Origin: Alphaproteobacteria bacterium
GTDB lineage: Bacteria; Pseudomonadota; Alphaproteobacteria; Rs-D84; SZUA-605
Direction: 5' to 3'
Length of the DNA stretch: 64,000 bases
NCBI GenBank assembly: GCA_031549385.1
Contig: JAVBPW010000001.1
Span: forward strand, 390,661-454,660
Below the pieces are notes generated by a model. That model was given only the letters and a program-made list of their open reading frames with translations. It did no database searches and was not told where the DNA came from. The position numbers were made by a program, and so were the translations under genes. Positions 55,780 through 64,000 of this stretch are shown one piece after another. Every line of letters starts with the position of its first letter. The first letter of the stretch is position 1.

Positions 55780-56616
55780 ATGAGAATGATGACAGAAGAG
55801 TTGGGGAAGAGGATTCTGACTCATAGTAGCGAAACAATGAGTGTTTACAATTTTCTTTATTATGGTGTGTTTGATCCTAAAGAAGAAAATGGACCTAGCC
55901 GCCCGGGAAGTTATTTCAGTGCATATGAACAAATCTTTGAACAATTAAGTTCAAAACAAATTTGCATTGGAAATTCAGTGAAATGGTTGCATTTTGAAAA
56001 ATTGGATAATTTGAAGATTTTTGATTATGCAAAAACCATTGAAAGTTTTCCTATTATGGCTGTGTGTGCACGCAATTTTTACCCGTTTAACGCTGGGTAT
56101 CATTGCTATGATTGGAATTATTTGCTTCCTATCATTGAAATGGCAATTGAGCAAAAACAAGAAGAGTTTTTATTCTATCTTATTTATGCAAACCTTTTGC
56201 CGTTTGATAGAGTAAATCAATTGTGGCATGCGGCGTGTGAAAATGATTTTTATCATATTATGTTTCTTTTGTTGAAGCTGTATGGTAATAAGTCAAACAA
56301 CTTCAATTTGAAAATTATCCAATGGATTCTTGAAAAGCCTAAAGATCCTGAGAAGGATAAATTAGCAATTAAATTGCTTTTTTATTTTACTGATCTTTGG
56401 TCTCAAGGTTACCTACATGTAGGTAAAGATACTTATCCTATGGAGGCTGTTTGGGCAGTGCAAGATACTTATGTTGTTTGGTGGCAGAGTATTTTTAAAA
56501 ACTTGCAAAATTATTATACTGTTCGAAGAGCTTTTGCAATAGAAACAGGGTATAGTCTTTTGAATTATATTTTTAAAAGTAATTATGGTCCTGATTATTT
56601 GTTGAAACAGTTGTAA
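55780..56616 (+). CDS. Hypothetical protein with degenerate ankyrin-repeat-like segments (effector-like)
   Basis: 'NQLWHAACENDFYHIMFLLLKLYGNKSNN' and 'NYLLPIIEMAIEQKQEEFLFYLIYANLLP' resemble the ANK consensus (-LH-A---G----V--LL--GA--N). No signal peptide. Confidence 0.4.
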   Translation: MRMMTEELGKRILTHSSETMSVYNFLYYGVFDPKEENGPSRPGSYFSAYEQIFEQLSSKQICIGNSVKWLHFEKLDNLKIFDYAKTIESFPIMAVCARNFYPFNAGYHCYDWNYLLPIIEMAIEQKQEEFLFYLIYANLLPFDRVNQLWHAACENDFYHIMFLLLKLYGNKSNNFNLKIIQWILEKPKDPEKDKLAIKLLFYFTDLWSQGYLHVGKDTYPMEAVWAVQDTYVVWWQSIFKNLQNYYTVRRAFAIETGYSLLNYIFKSNYGPDYLLKQL

Positions 56617-56626
56617 ATTTATTATG

Positions 56627-56656
56627 GGTAGCTAATTTTAGCTACCTATTTTTTGT
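56627..56656 (+). terminator. Intrinsic terminator (GGTAGCTAA-TTT-TAGCTACC plus T-run)
   Basis: Perfect 9-bp stem followed by TATTTTTTG. Confidence 0.65.
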
Positions 56657-56734
56657 CAATGTAAATATAGTTGTAATTGAAAATTTTATCCTTATAATTT
56701 CTTGCATATTTAATTTAAAAGGAAAGGGTTTATC

Positions 56735-57043
56735 ATGTTTATTAGTAATGCTTTTGCTCAAACTGAAGTGGCTGCTGTTGCTGCTGGCTTTAATTGGATT
56801 GGAACTGTATTTTATATAATTGCTTTAGGAATTTTGTTTTTCTTCTTGTTTATAAGACCTCAAAGAAAACAAATGTTAATGCATAAGCAAATTATAGAAT
56901 CTCTTAAAGTTGGTGATGAAGTTTTAACTAACTCTGGGATTGTTGCAACAATTAAAAAAATAAAAGAAAAAGAATTTGTTATTGAAATTGCTAAGGGAGT
57001 AGAAGTTACTATTCTTAAAGCATATATCGTTGGAAAAGTTTAA
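56735..57043 (+). CDS. yajC: Preprotein translocase subunit YajC
   Basis: Single TM helix plus '...RPQRKQMLMHKQIIESLKVGDEV.T..GI.G.I'. Precedes secD-secF. Confidence 0.85.
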   Translation: MFISNAFAQTEVAAVAAGFNWIGTVFYIIALGILFFFLFIRPQRKQMLMHKQIIESLKVGDEVLTNSGIVATIKKIKEKEFVIEIAKGVEVTILKAYIVGKV

Positions 57044-57055
57044 GGAGAATTTATT

Positions 57056-58603
57056 ATGAAGAAGAACTGGTTAAAACCTGCGCTTGTTGCTTTTTGTAGT
57101 TTGATTGCATTCTTTATTGCATCAGCTAATTTTGTGCCACAAAATATTTTACAACATTATCCTTCTTGGGCTCAACCTATATCTCTTGGACTTGACCTTA
57201 AAGGCGGAGCTTATATATTAATGGATGTTGATATGGATACTGTTCTTAAAGACAGGGTTGAACAACTTCGTATCAGTGTTAGAGAAGCTATGCTTGCTCC
57301 TAAAGAAAAAATCAGATTTTCTGGGCTTCGTGTTATTAATAATAAAGTTATGTTTTCTGTAAAAGATGAAAATCAACTTTCAGATTTAAGAAAAAAAATC
57401 AGAACATTAGATGAAGATATCAATATTGATACTGATGGAAATAATTTGACTGTTTATTATTCTGAAAAAGGAATAAAAAAATTAAAAGTTGATGCTATGA
57501 ATCGTAGTATAGAAATTGTTAGACGAAGAATCGACGCTTTGGGAACTAAAGAACCTATTATTACTGCTCAGGGGGAGAGAAGAATTTCTATTCAACTTCC
57601 TGGAGTTTCAAACCCTGAAGAAGTTAAATCATTAATTGGTAAAACTGCTAAGATGACTTTCCATAAGGTTGTTGAAAATGGTGATGGTTTAGGAGTTGAT
57701 ACTATGGTTGTTCCTTATTTAGGTAATGAAGAGCAAACTGTTAGAGTTTATAAAGAAGTTGTTGTTAGTGGTGAATATTTAACAGATTCAAGAGTTGCTT
57801 ATCAACAAGATGGACAACCTGCTGTTACAACTACATTTAATGGAATCGGAGCTAAAAGATTTGCTGATTTGACAGCTGCTAATATTGGTAAAAGATTTGC
57901 TATTGTGCTTGATGGTAAAGTTTTATCTGCACCTGTTATTCAAAGTCCTATTTTAGATGGACATGGACAAATTACAGGTGGATTTACTGCTGAAGGAGCT
58001 GCAGAACTTTCTATGTTACTTCGTTCAGGAGCACTTCCTGCACCTTTAACTGTTGTTGAAGAAAGAACTGTTGGTGCTGGATTAGGGGCTGACTCTATTA
58101 CTGCTGGTGCTGTATCTTGTGTGATTGGTCTTTTACTTGTTATGATCTCTATGTTTGTAGTTTATGGATTGTTTGGAAATTTTGTTAATTTAATATTATT
58201 CTTAAACATTGCATTAATTTTATCAGTATTAAGTTTGTTTGGTGCTACTCTTACACTTCCAGGTATTGCGGGAATTCTTTTGACGATTGCTATGGCGGTG
58301 GATGCTAACATTATTATATTTGAGAGAATGCGAGAAGAGGCGGTTAATAGATTGAGTGTAAAACAAACTATTTCTATGGCTTACAGTAATGCATTATCAA
58401 CTATTATGGATGCTAATATTACTACTATTATTGCTGCAGTTGTGTTATTCCAATTTGGAACAGGGCCTATTAAAGGATTTGCTGTGACACTTGGAGTTGG
58501 TGTTATTACATCACTTATCACATCTGTTTATGTATCAAGAATCATTATGGATGTGTGGGCTAAGAATAAAAGATCTCTCCCTATTGTAAGAAATGAAAAA
58601 TAA
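57056..58603 (+). CDS. secD: Protein translocase subunit SecD (short form)
   Basis: 515 aa, with a periplasmic domain and a C-terminal six-TM RND-like bundle ('LTIAMAVDANIIIFERMREE'). Confidence 0.9.
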   Translation: MKKNWLKPALVAFCSLIAFFIASANFVPQNILQHYPSWAQPISLGLDLKGGAYILMDVDMDTVLKDRVEQLRISVREAMLAPKEKIRFSGLRVINNKVMFSVKDENQLSDLRKKIRTLDEDINIDTDGNNLTVYYSEKGIKKLKVDAMNRSIEIVRRRIDALGTKEPIITAQGERRISIQLPGVSNPEEVKSLIGKTAKMTFHKVVENGDGLGVDTMVVPYLGNEEQTVRVYKEVVVSGEYLTDSRVAYQQDGQPAVTTTFNGIGAKRFADLTAANIGKRFAIVLDGKVLSAPVIQSPILDGHGQITGGFTAEGAAELSMLLRSGALPAPLTVVEERTVGAGLGADSITAGAVSCVIGLLLVMISMFVVYGLFGNFVNLILFLNIALILSVLSLFGATLTLPGIAGILLTIAMAVDANIIIFERMREEAVNRLSVKQTISMAYSNALSTIMDANITTIIAAVVLFQFGTGPIKGFAVTLGVGVITSLITSVYVSRIIMDVWAKNKRSLPIVRNEK

Positions 58604-58620
58604 GAAAGGAAAATAAAAAC

Positions 58621-59514
58621 ATGTTGAAAATGTTAGGAAAATTAAAATTAGTTAACTTTATCCCTATTACTGTTAATGTAAACTTTTTAAGATTTAGAAA
58701 ATTAGGATATTTAATTTATGCAATATTAATTGCTGCAACTATTGGACTTATGGTAACTAAAGGTTTCAATTATGGAATCGATTTCTCAGGTGGAATTGTT
58801 GTTGAAATTAAAACTGATGAATCTATTGAATCTTTAAGACATAGACTTTCTTCATTCGATCCAGAACTTCAAACTTTTGGTGAAAATTTAATTTCTATTC
58901 GACTTCCTGCTGCAGGGGATAATGAAGATGCTCAAATGTCAAAACTTTCAGAATTGAAAAATGCATTGGGTGATAATGTAGAATATAGAAATACTGAAGT
59001 AGTTGGACCAAAAGTTGGTGCTGAATTGATTAGAGATGGTATACTTGCATTTATTATTGCTATGGTTGCAATTGCTGCATATATTTGGATAAGATTTGAT
59101 TTTGCATTTGGATTTTGTGCGTTCCTTGGTCTTGTAGTTGATCTTTTAGTAACTATTGGATTTTTATCATTATTTCAACTTCCGTTTTCACTTGTATCTA
59201 TTGCTGCTATTTTAACAGTTGTTGGATATTCTATTAATGATACGGTGGTGGTTTATGATAGAATCCGTGAAAATCTTAAAAAATATAAAACTAAAAGTGA
59301 AAAAGAAATTATTGATTTGAGTATGAATGAAATGTTTGCAAGAACTACATTTACCACACTTACAACTATGATTGCAATTGTTGCAATTACTATTTGGGGT
59401 GGAATAGTGTTAGAAAGTTTTGCATATACTTTATTGTTCGGAATTGGAGCAGGTGTTTTTTCATCTATATTTATGGCAGCACCGATGCTACTTAATTTTA
59501 AATTAAGAGGATAA
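58621..59514 (+). CDS. secF: Protein translocase subunit SecF
   Basis: 'GFNYGIDFSGG' is the SecF N-terminal motif. Six TM helices. 'GYSINDTVVVYDRIRE'. Confidence 0.9.
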   Translation: MLKMLGKLKLVNFIPITVNVNFLRFRKLGYLIYAILIAATIGLMVTKGFNYGIDFSGGIVVEIKTDESIESLRHRLSSFDPELQTFGENLISIRLPAAGDNEDAQMSKLSELKNALGDNVEYRNTEVVGPKVGAELIRDGILAFIIAMVAIAAYIWIRFDFAFGFCAFLGLVVDLLVTIGFLSLFQLPFSLVSIAAILTVVGYSINDTVVVYDRIRENLKKYKTKSEKEIIDLSMNEMFARTTFTTLTTMIAIVAITIWGGIVLESFAYTLLFGIGAGVFSSIFMAAPMLLNFKLRG

Positions 59515-59528
59515 TTCAAATTTATCTA

Positions 59529-59635
59529 ATTGGCTCAAGCCAAAAGGATTGAAAATTTTGCCACACATCATGTATGTTTAATATACTCAGGTGGCAAAAT
59601 TTACAATACTTTCGTTTTTGCTCAATTATCTGAAT
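59529..59635. repeat. MITE-like intergenic palindromic repeat, copy F (subfamily 1)
   Basis: About 70% identical to copy A. Hairpin arms 'TTGAAAATTTTGCCAC/GTGGCAAAATTTACAA' carry compensatory changes relative to A (AAAGAC/GTCTT becomes TGCCAC/GTGGCA). Tail 'ATACTTTCGTTTTTGCTCAATTATCTGAAT'. Confidence 0.65.
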
Positions 59636-59775
59636 TTGCTTGGAAAAATATAAATTTTAAAAGTGTTTTCTTTATTAACGCTTGACAAAGTATGTATTTT
59701 TTTGATACATTTCCCCGATATGGCCAGGGAAATAAATCTAAGGCCAAATTGTTAACTAAAAAAAAGGTGTAAAAA

Positions 59776-60006
59776 ATGACTACTTTTGAAAAAGTGAAAT
59801 CTATCGTTGTTGAAAATTTAAATGCTGATCCAGAAAAAGTTACTCCAGAAGCTAGCTTTATTGGCGACTTAGGTGCTGATAGTTTAGATACTGTGGAACT
59901 TGTTATGGCATTCGAAAAAGAATTCAGCGTAGAAATTCCAGATTCAGTTGCTGAAAAAATCCAAACAGTTGGAGACGCTGTTAAATTTATAGATGAAAAT
60001 AAATAA
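59776..60006 (+). CDS. acpP: Acyl carrier protein
   Basis: '[22 protein letters not shown]' carries the phosphopantetheine-attachment DSLD motif. Confidence 0.95.
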   Translation: MTTFEKVKSIVVENLNADPEKVTPEASFIGDLGADSLDTVELVMAFEKEFSVEIPDSVAEKIQTVGDAVKFIDENK

Positions 60007-60031
60007 TTAATTTTTTGTGGGCGAGGTATTT

Positions 60032-61291
60032 ATGAGAAGAGTTGTTGTTACTGGTCTTGGTTTGTTAACTCCATTAGGTTATGGGGTTAAAAAAAACTGG
60101 GAAAGTTTAATTGCTGGAAAGTCTGGTATTCGCAAAATCACATCATTTGACGTTTCACAATATCCTGTGCAAATTGCAGGTACTATCCTTAAGGGTACAG
60201 GTGAAGGTGAGTTTAATGCTGATGAAGTTGTGGAACCAAAAGAACAAAGACGCATGGATAACTTTATCGTATATGGCCTTGCTGCCGCAAAAGAAGCTAT
60301 TGAAGATTCTGGTTGGATGCCAGCTGATAAAGAAGATTTAGAAAGAACAGGTGTTCTTGTTGGATCTGGTATCGGTGGGCTTCAAACTATATCTGAAGGG
60401 GCAAATGTTTTAAGAGAACAAGGATTTAGAAGGTTATCACCTTTCTTTATTCCTTCTGCTTTGATTAATCTTTTGTCTGGATTTATTTCTATAAAATATG
60501 GCTTTGCTGGTCCTAATACAGCTGTTGTTACAGCTTGTGCGACTGGTACTCATGCTATTGGAGATGCATCTCGAATCATCGCTTATGGTGATGCTGATGT
60601 TATGATTGCTGGTGGGGCTGAAAATCCCGTTTGTGATTTAGGTCTTGCTGGATTTATTGCACTTCGTGCTCTTTCTTCTGGTTATAATGATACCCCTGAA
60701 AAGGCTTCTCGTCCTTGGGATACTGGTCGTGATGGTTTCGTTATGGGAGAAGGTTCTGGTATTGTTGTATTGGAAGAATATGAACATGCTAAAGCTCGTG
60801 GTGCCAAAATTTATGCTGAAGTTGTAGGGTATGGAATGTCAGGTGACGCTTACCATATTACTGCACCTCGTGAAGATGGAGATGGTGGATTTAGAGCTAT
60901 GAGAGCTGCATTAAATAATGCAAAACTTCAACCGTCTGATATTGACTATATTAATGCTCATGGAACTTCAACTCCTCTTGGAGATATGTTGGAATTTAGA
61001 GCTGTGCAAAGATTATTCGGTGAAGATTTAAGTGGAGCTTCTATGTCATCTACTAAATCCGCAACTGGACATTTATTAGGGGCTGCTGGGGCAGTTGAAG
61101 CAATATATTCTATATTGTCGATTGTTAACCAAGAAGTGCCACCTACATTAAACTTGGACAACCCTGAGGAGGGAACAAAAGGTGTTGATTTAGTTCCACT
61201 AAAAGCTAAATCAAGAAAAGTTGATTATGCTTTATCAAATTCTTTTGGATTTGGGGGAACCAATGCGTCAGTTATCTTTAAAAAGATTTAG
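60032..61291 (+). CDS. fabF: 3-oxoacyl-ACP synthase II
   Basis: 'RRVVVTGLGLLTPLG'. Active-site Cys 'AVVTACATGTHAIG'. 'HGTSTPLGD'. 'GHLLGAAG'. ATG at 60032 (the track start is upstream). Confidence 0.95.
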   Translation: MRRVVVTGLGLLTPLGYGVKKNWESLIAGKSGIRKITSFDVSQYPVQIAGTILKGTGEGEFNADEVVEPKEQRRMDNFIVYGLAAAKEAIEDSGWMPADKEDLERTGVLVGSGIGGLQTISEGANVLREQGFRRLSPFFIPSALINLLSGFISIKYGFAGPNTAVVTACATGTHAIGDASRIIAYGDADVMIAGGAENPVCDLGLAGFIALRALSSGYNDTPEKASRPWDTGRDGFVMGEGSGIVVLEEYEHAKARGAKIYAEVVGYGMSGDAYHITAPREDGDGGFRAMRAALNNAKLQPSDIDYINAHGTSTPLGDMLEFRAVQRLFGEDLSGASMSSTKSATGHLLGAAGAVEAIYSILSIVNQEVPPTLNLDNPEEGTKGVDLVPLKAKSRKVDYALSNSFGFGGTNASVIFKKI

Positions 61292-62291
61292 TAAGTTTTT
61301 TATAAAGAATCTCTGGAAATTTATTGTTCTTGGAGTTGTTATTCTTTATATTATGTTTTTTATGCATTCTTCATTAAAAGAAGATAAAGTTGTATTTATT
61401 GAAAAAGGTTCTTCGCTTAATCAAATTGCAACTAAATTAAAAAGTGAAGATGTAATTTATAGCAGAATTTTATTTAAAGTTTTTTCCTATCTTAATGGAA
61501 CTCAAAGCGATTTGAAAGCAGGTGAATATTTATTTACTAAAAATATTTCACTTTATAGAGTTAATCAAACTTTGGTTTGGGGAAGAGTTTTTGTTTATCC
61601 TTTAATTATTCCTGAAGGATATACTAATCAACAAATTTTTGAAATAATAAGAAACGCTAGTGTGTTAACTGGTGATATAGATGAAACTTTATATCGCGAA
61701 GGACAATTAATGCCTAATACATATTATGTTGTTAGAGGAATGACACGTGCTGGAATTCTTGAACAAATGAAAAGTTTGATGGATTATGTTTTGGAAGAAG
61801 AATGGCAAAGCAGAGCTCCTGGACTTCCATACAAAAATAAATATGAAGCTTTAATTATGGCTTCTATTGTAGAGAAAGAAACTGGAATCGAATCAGAGAG
61901 AAATTTAATTGCTGGTGTTTTTGTAAATAGATTGAAAAAGGGAATGAAGTTACAAACTGATCCTACTGTTGTTTATGCTATTACAAAAGGTTATGGAAGT
62001 ATGAGAGGGCAAGCTCTTTATAGAAAAGATTTAAGTGTAGATAGTAAATATAATACTTATAAATATTATGGTTTACCAATTGGACCTATTTGTAATCCTG
62101 GGGCAGCTGCTATTAATGCTGCATTGCATCCAGAAGATACTGAATATTTGTATTTTGTTGCTAATGGAAATGGTGGACATAAATTTTCAATAGATTATAA
62201 ATCTCATCAAGATGCTCATCAAGAATGGAGAGAAATTAAAAAAAGTAATGGAGGAAATTCTTCTGTTATAAAACCATTACCTAATAATTAA
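61263..62291 (+). CDS. mltG: Endolytic murein transglycosylase MltG (YceG-like)
   Basis: N-terminal TM helix plus YceG domain ('LQTDPTVVYA', 'YNTYKYYGLPIGPICNPG'). Overlaps the 3' end of fabF. Start is uncertain (61221 in the track, or ATG at 61263). Confidence 0.8.
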   Translation: MRQLSLKRFSKFFIKNLWKFIVLGVVILYIMFFMHSSLKEDKVVFIEKGSSLNQIATKLKSEDVIYSRILFKVFSYLNGTQSDLKAGEYLFTKNISLYRVNQTLVWGRVFVYPLIIPEGYTNQQIFEIIRNASVLTGDIDETLYREGQLMPNTYYVVRGMTRAGILEQMKSLMDYVLEEEWQSRAPGLPYKNKYEALIMASIVEKETGIESERNLIAGVFVNRLKKGMKLQTDPTVVYAITKGYGSMRGQALYRKDLSVDSKYNTYKYYGLPIGPICNPGAAAINAALHPEDTEYLYFVANGNGGHKFSIDYKSHQDAHQEWREIKKSNGGNSSVIKPLPNN

Positions 62292-62316
62292 ATATATAAT
62301 TTTGGGTATGAAATTT

Positions 62317-62346
62317 TAGAGAGAAAATTTTCTCTCTTTTTTATTT
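62317..62346 (+). terminator. Intrinsic terminator after mltG
   Basis: AGAGAGAAAATTTTCTCTCT hairpin plus TTTTTATTTT. Confidence 0.65.
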
Positions 62347-62504
62347 TATTATTATGTTATATTAAACATTTGAATCGCAAAAACATATATTTATAAAAAT
62401 TATTTTCATTTAGATATTTACTGAATCTAAAAAATTGATAAAGGACTCTTTTTTTTTGTTTTTAAATATGATAGTATGATAGTAGAGATAAGAGGAGAAA
62501 CAAT

Positions 62505-64000
62505 ATGTTTAAGAAAGTAATATTTGGATTAGTTGGGATTATTAGTTTTATTATGACAGATGCAAATTCTGCAACTTGGTCAGGAGTTAATACTGCAATT
62601 GTTGGTGGAAGTTTTTCTTGTGGTGGAAGTATAGACGGTGGAGTTAATGATTGTGTAACGACTGCTGCAGCTTCTTCTTTTAATTTAAGTATAAGTGGAG
62701 TTGGTTCTTTTTCAAATTATGCTAATTTAATTATAAATCATGATTTAAGTACAACAATAAATACTGTACCTCTTATAGAAGCAGGTACAGCAGCAAATTA
62801 TTTAAATATTGTTAATAATGCTTTAATACTTGGAGGAAATTTTGCTATAGCGAGGTGGGGTCCTGCAGAATATGGAAATATAACTAATATGGGGCTTCTT
62901 TATGCTTTAAGCGGAGGTGGTATTGCACTTGCTAATTATACTGGGTCTGTTTTTAATGGATATAATGGTACTACGATAAATTCAGATGCAGCTATTTCTT
63001 CTAGTTCTGCATATACAAGTTCAAATCCAAAATATGGTATTACTTTTACTGGGACTTATAATAATGTAATAATAGATAATTATGGTATTATTGGTAGTTA
63101 TGTAGATTCTTCTAGTCTATTTAGAGAGGTTTACTATTCTCTTTATTTACAGGGTGTAGTAGGAAGCCTAGAAAATCCTTCAAAATTTATAAATAGGCAA
63201 GGTGGTATTATTTCTGGACAGAATGCTGCTATTACTGTTATGTGGACAAATGCTAATGTATATGCTGATTTTACAAATTTAAGTTCTATTATTGGTTATG
63301 CAGGTCCTGGTTTTAATGTATCAGAAGGGGCTAGTTTAAATGGTAATTTATATAATGGATGGAATGGAGTTAATGGAGCAGGGTCTGTAATAGATATAAA
63401 CGCTAAAATTAAAGGTACTACGGCTATTGGAATCAATTCTAATAATGCTACGGTAGGGTTGGTAAAACTTAATATTTTTAATTATGCTATTATAGGGGGT
63501 GATTTTCAAACACTTACAGGTACTATAAAAACAGCTGGAGTTGCTATTAATGTGCTTAATTGGCTACCAGCAAGAATTGATCCTGTATATTTAAATATTT
63601 ATAATTATAGTAGTGGTAGTATAACAGGAGGTACTGCAATATCCTTTAATGGAAAAGTTGAAGGAAATATAAGTAACTTAGGAATTATTGAAGGAACAAC
63701 TAATCATGGTATAGTTTTATCAGGTGGTACATTTACGGGTTCTATTGTTAATGGGGCTTCTAATAATTCAACAGCTTTTATAACTAGTCAAACATCTACT
63801 ACAGGAAATAGAGGTATAAATATTTTATCTGATATAGTTGGAAATATTGAAAATTATGGAATTATTCAAGGAATGCATGCAGGAATATATTTTGATACAA
63901 ATGTAAATTTTACTGGAAAAATAATAAATTATGATGGAGGTGTTATAAAAACAGCATGGCCAACAAGTTATTATTCTATATACAATGCTTCATTAAACCA
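62505..64000 (+). CDS. Partial (5' end) large secreted beta-helix surface protein, autotransporter passenger / Pmp-like; continues beyond the window
   Basis: RBS AGAGGAG. Signal peptide 'VIFGLVGIISFIMTDANSA'. Gly/Asn/Ser/Thr-rich repeats with recurring 'NYGII', 'GG(T/I)AI..N' and 'GxIxG' units typical of parallel beta-helix passengers. No stop codon before position 64000. Confidence 0.6.
   Translation, partial: MFKKVIFGLVGIISFIMTDANSATWSGVNTAIVGGSFSCGGSIDGGVNDCVTTAAASSFNLSISGVGSFSNYANLIINHDLSTTINTVPLIEAGTAANYLNIVNNALILGGNFAIARWGPAEYGNITNMGLLYALSGGGIALANYTGSVFNGYNGTTINSDAAISSSSAYTSSNPKYGITFTGTYNNVIIDNYGIIGSYVDSSSLFREVYYSLYLQGVVGSLENPSKFINRQGGIISGQNAAITVMWTNANVYADFTNLSSIIGYAGPGFNVSEGASLNGNLYNGWNGVNGAGSVIDINAKIKGTTAIGINSNNATVGLVKLNIFNYAIIGGDFQTLTGTIKTAGVAINVLNWLPARIDPVYLNIYNYSSGSITGGTAISFNGKVEGNISNLGIIEGTTNHGIVLSGGTFTGSIVNGASNNSTAFITSQTSTTGNRGINILSDIVGNIENYGIIQGMHAGIYFDTNVNFTGKIINYDGGVIKTAWPTSYYSIYNASLN

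Noticed and set aside
62468-62483. Tandem 8-mer 'ATGATAGT' x2 upstream of the beta-helix protein gene; CRISPR or repeat array?
   Set aside because: Only two units and no spacer architecture. Not a CRISPR array; at most a minor promoter-region repeat.
1-64000. tRNA and rRNA genes
   Set aside because: Scanning GC-rich patches and T-loop-like motifs (GGTTCGAATCC/GTTCAAATCC) on both strands found no cloverleaf candidates. None called.

Overview
This is a 64-kb chromosomal window from a very AT-rich (about 30% GC by eye) Gram-negative bacterium. Lipid A and LPS genes are present (kdsA, lpxA, lpxB, an LptF/G-type permease, an MsbA-like ABC exporter), and the backbone is dense with housekeeping genes: ileS, lysS (class II), rpsT, rplY, argS, pth, xerC/D-type recombinase, dcd, mlaA, lnt, ybeY, miaB, yhhQ, nusA-infB, yraN, xseA, lpxA, lpxB, pgsA-like, ybaB, dnaX, infC, rpmG, rpsB-tsf, tdk, yajC-secD-secF, acpP-fabF-mltG. 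A type-2 ('eukaryote-like') IleS, short SecD/SecF, the acpP-fabF-mltG order, an SspB-alpha-like adaptor and a 'GLDPTSFNKSKR' phage-repressor HTH hint at an alphaproteobacterial, possibly host-associated lineage; this is inference, not a database result. Intrinsic hairpin plus T-run terminators are abundant and clean. I found no tRNA, rRNA or CRISPR. Seven things are not explained by housekeeping. (1) A translationally coupled MotA/ExbB-like plus MotB/OmpA-like pair with long coiled coils (25.4-27.4 kb), stator-like or Zorya-core-like but orphan. (2) A paralogous family of signal-peptide proteins sharing a K-C...glycine-zipper helix motif: three tandem genes at 5.4-8.1 kb, plus a 731-aa Cys-rich protein at 22.4-24.6 kb that carries the motif twice. 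(3) A dispersed MITE-like intergenic palindromic repeat of about 100-130 bp with terminal inverted repeats and compensatory arm substitutions, at least 5 copies. (4) An accessory island where rbfA-truB-rpsO-pnp would normally follow infB: a truncated phage-repressor-like HTH divergent from a three-gene operon encoding two unknown small proteins and a HAD 5'-deoxynucleotidase. (5) A GC-rich M23-peptidase-like fragment plus a small partner ORF (orphan toxin/immunity-like). (6) A candidate ncRNA or pseudogene locus between an extended -10 promoter and a perfect terminator. (7) Effector-like proteins: a degenerate ankyrin-like protein and a partial autotransporter/Pmp-like beta-helix protein running off the 3' end of the window.
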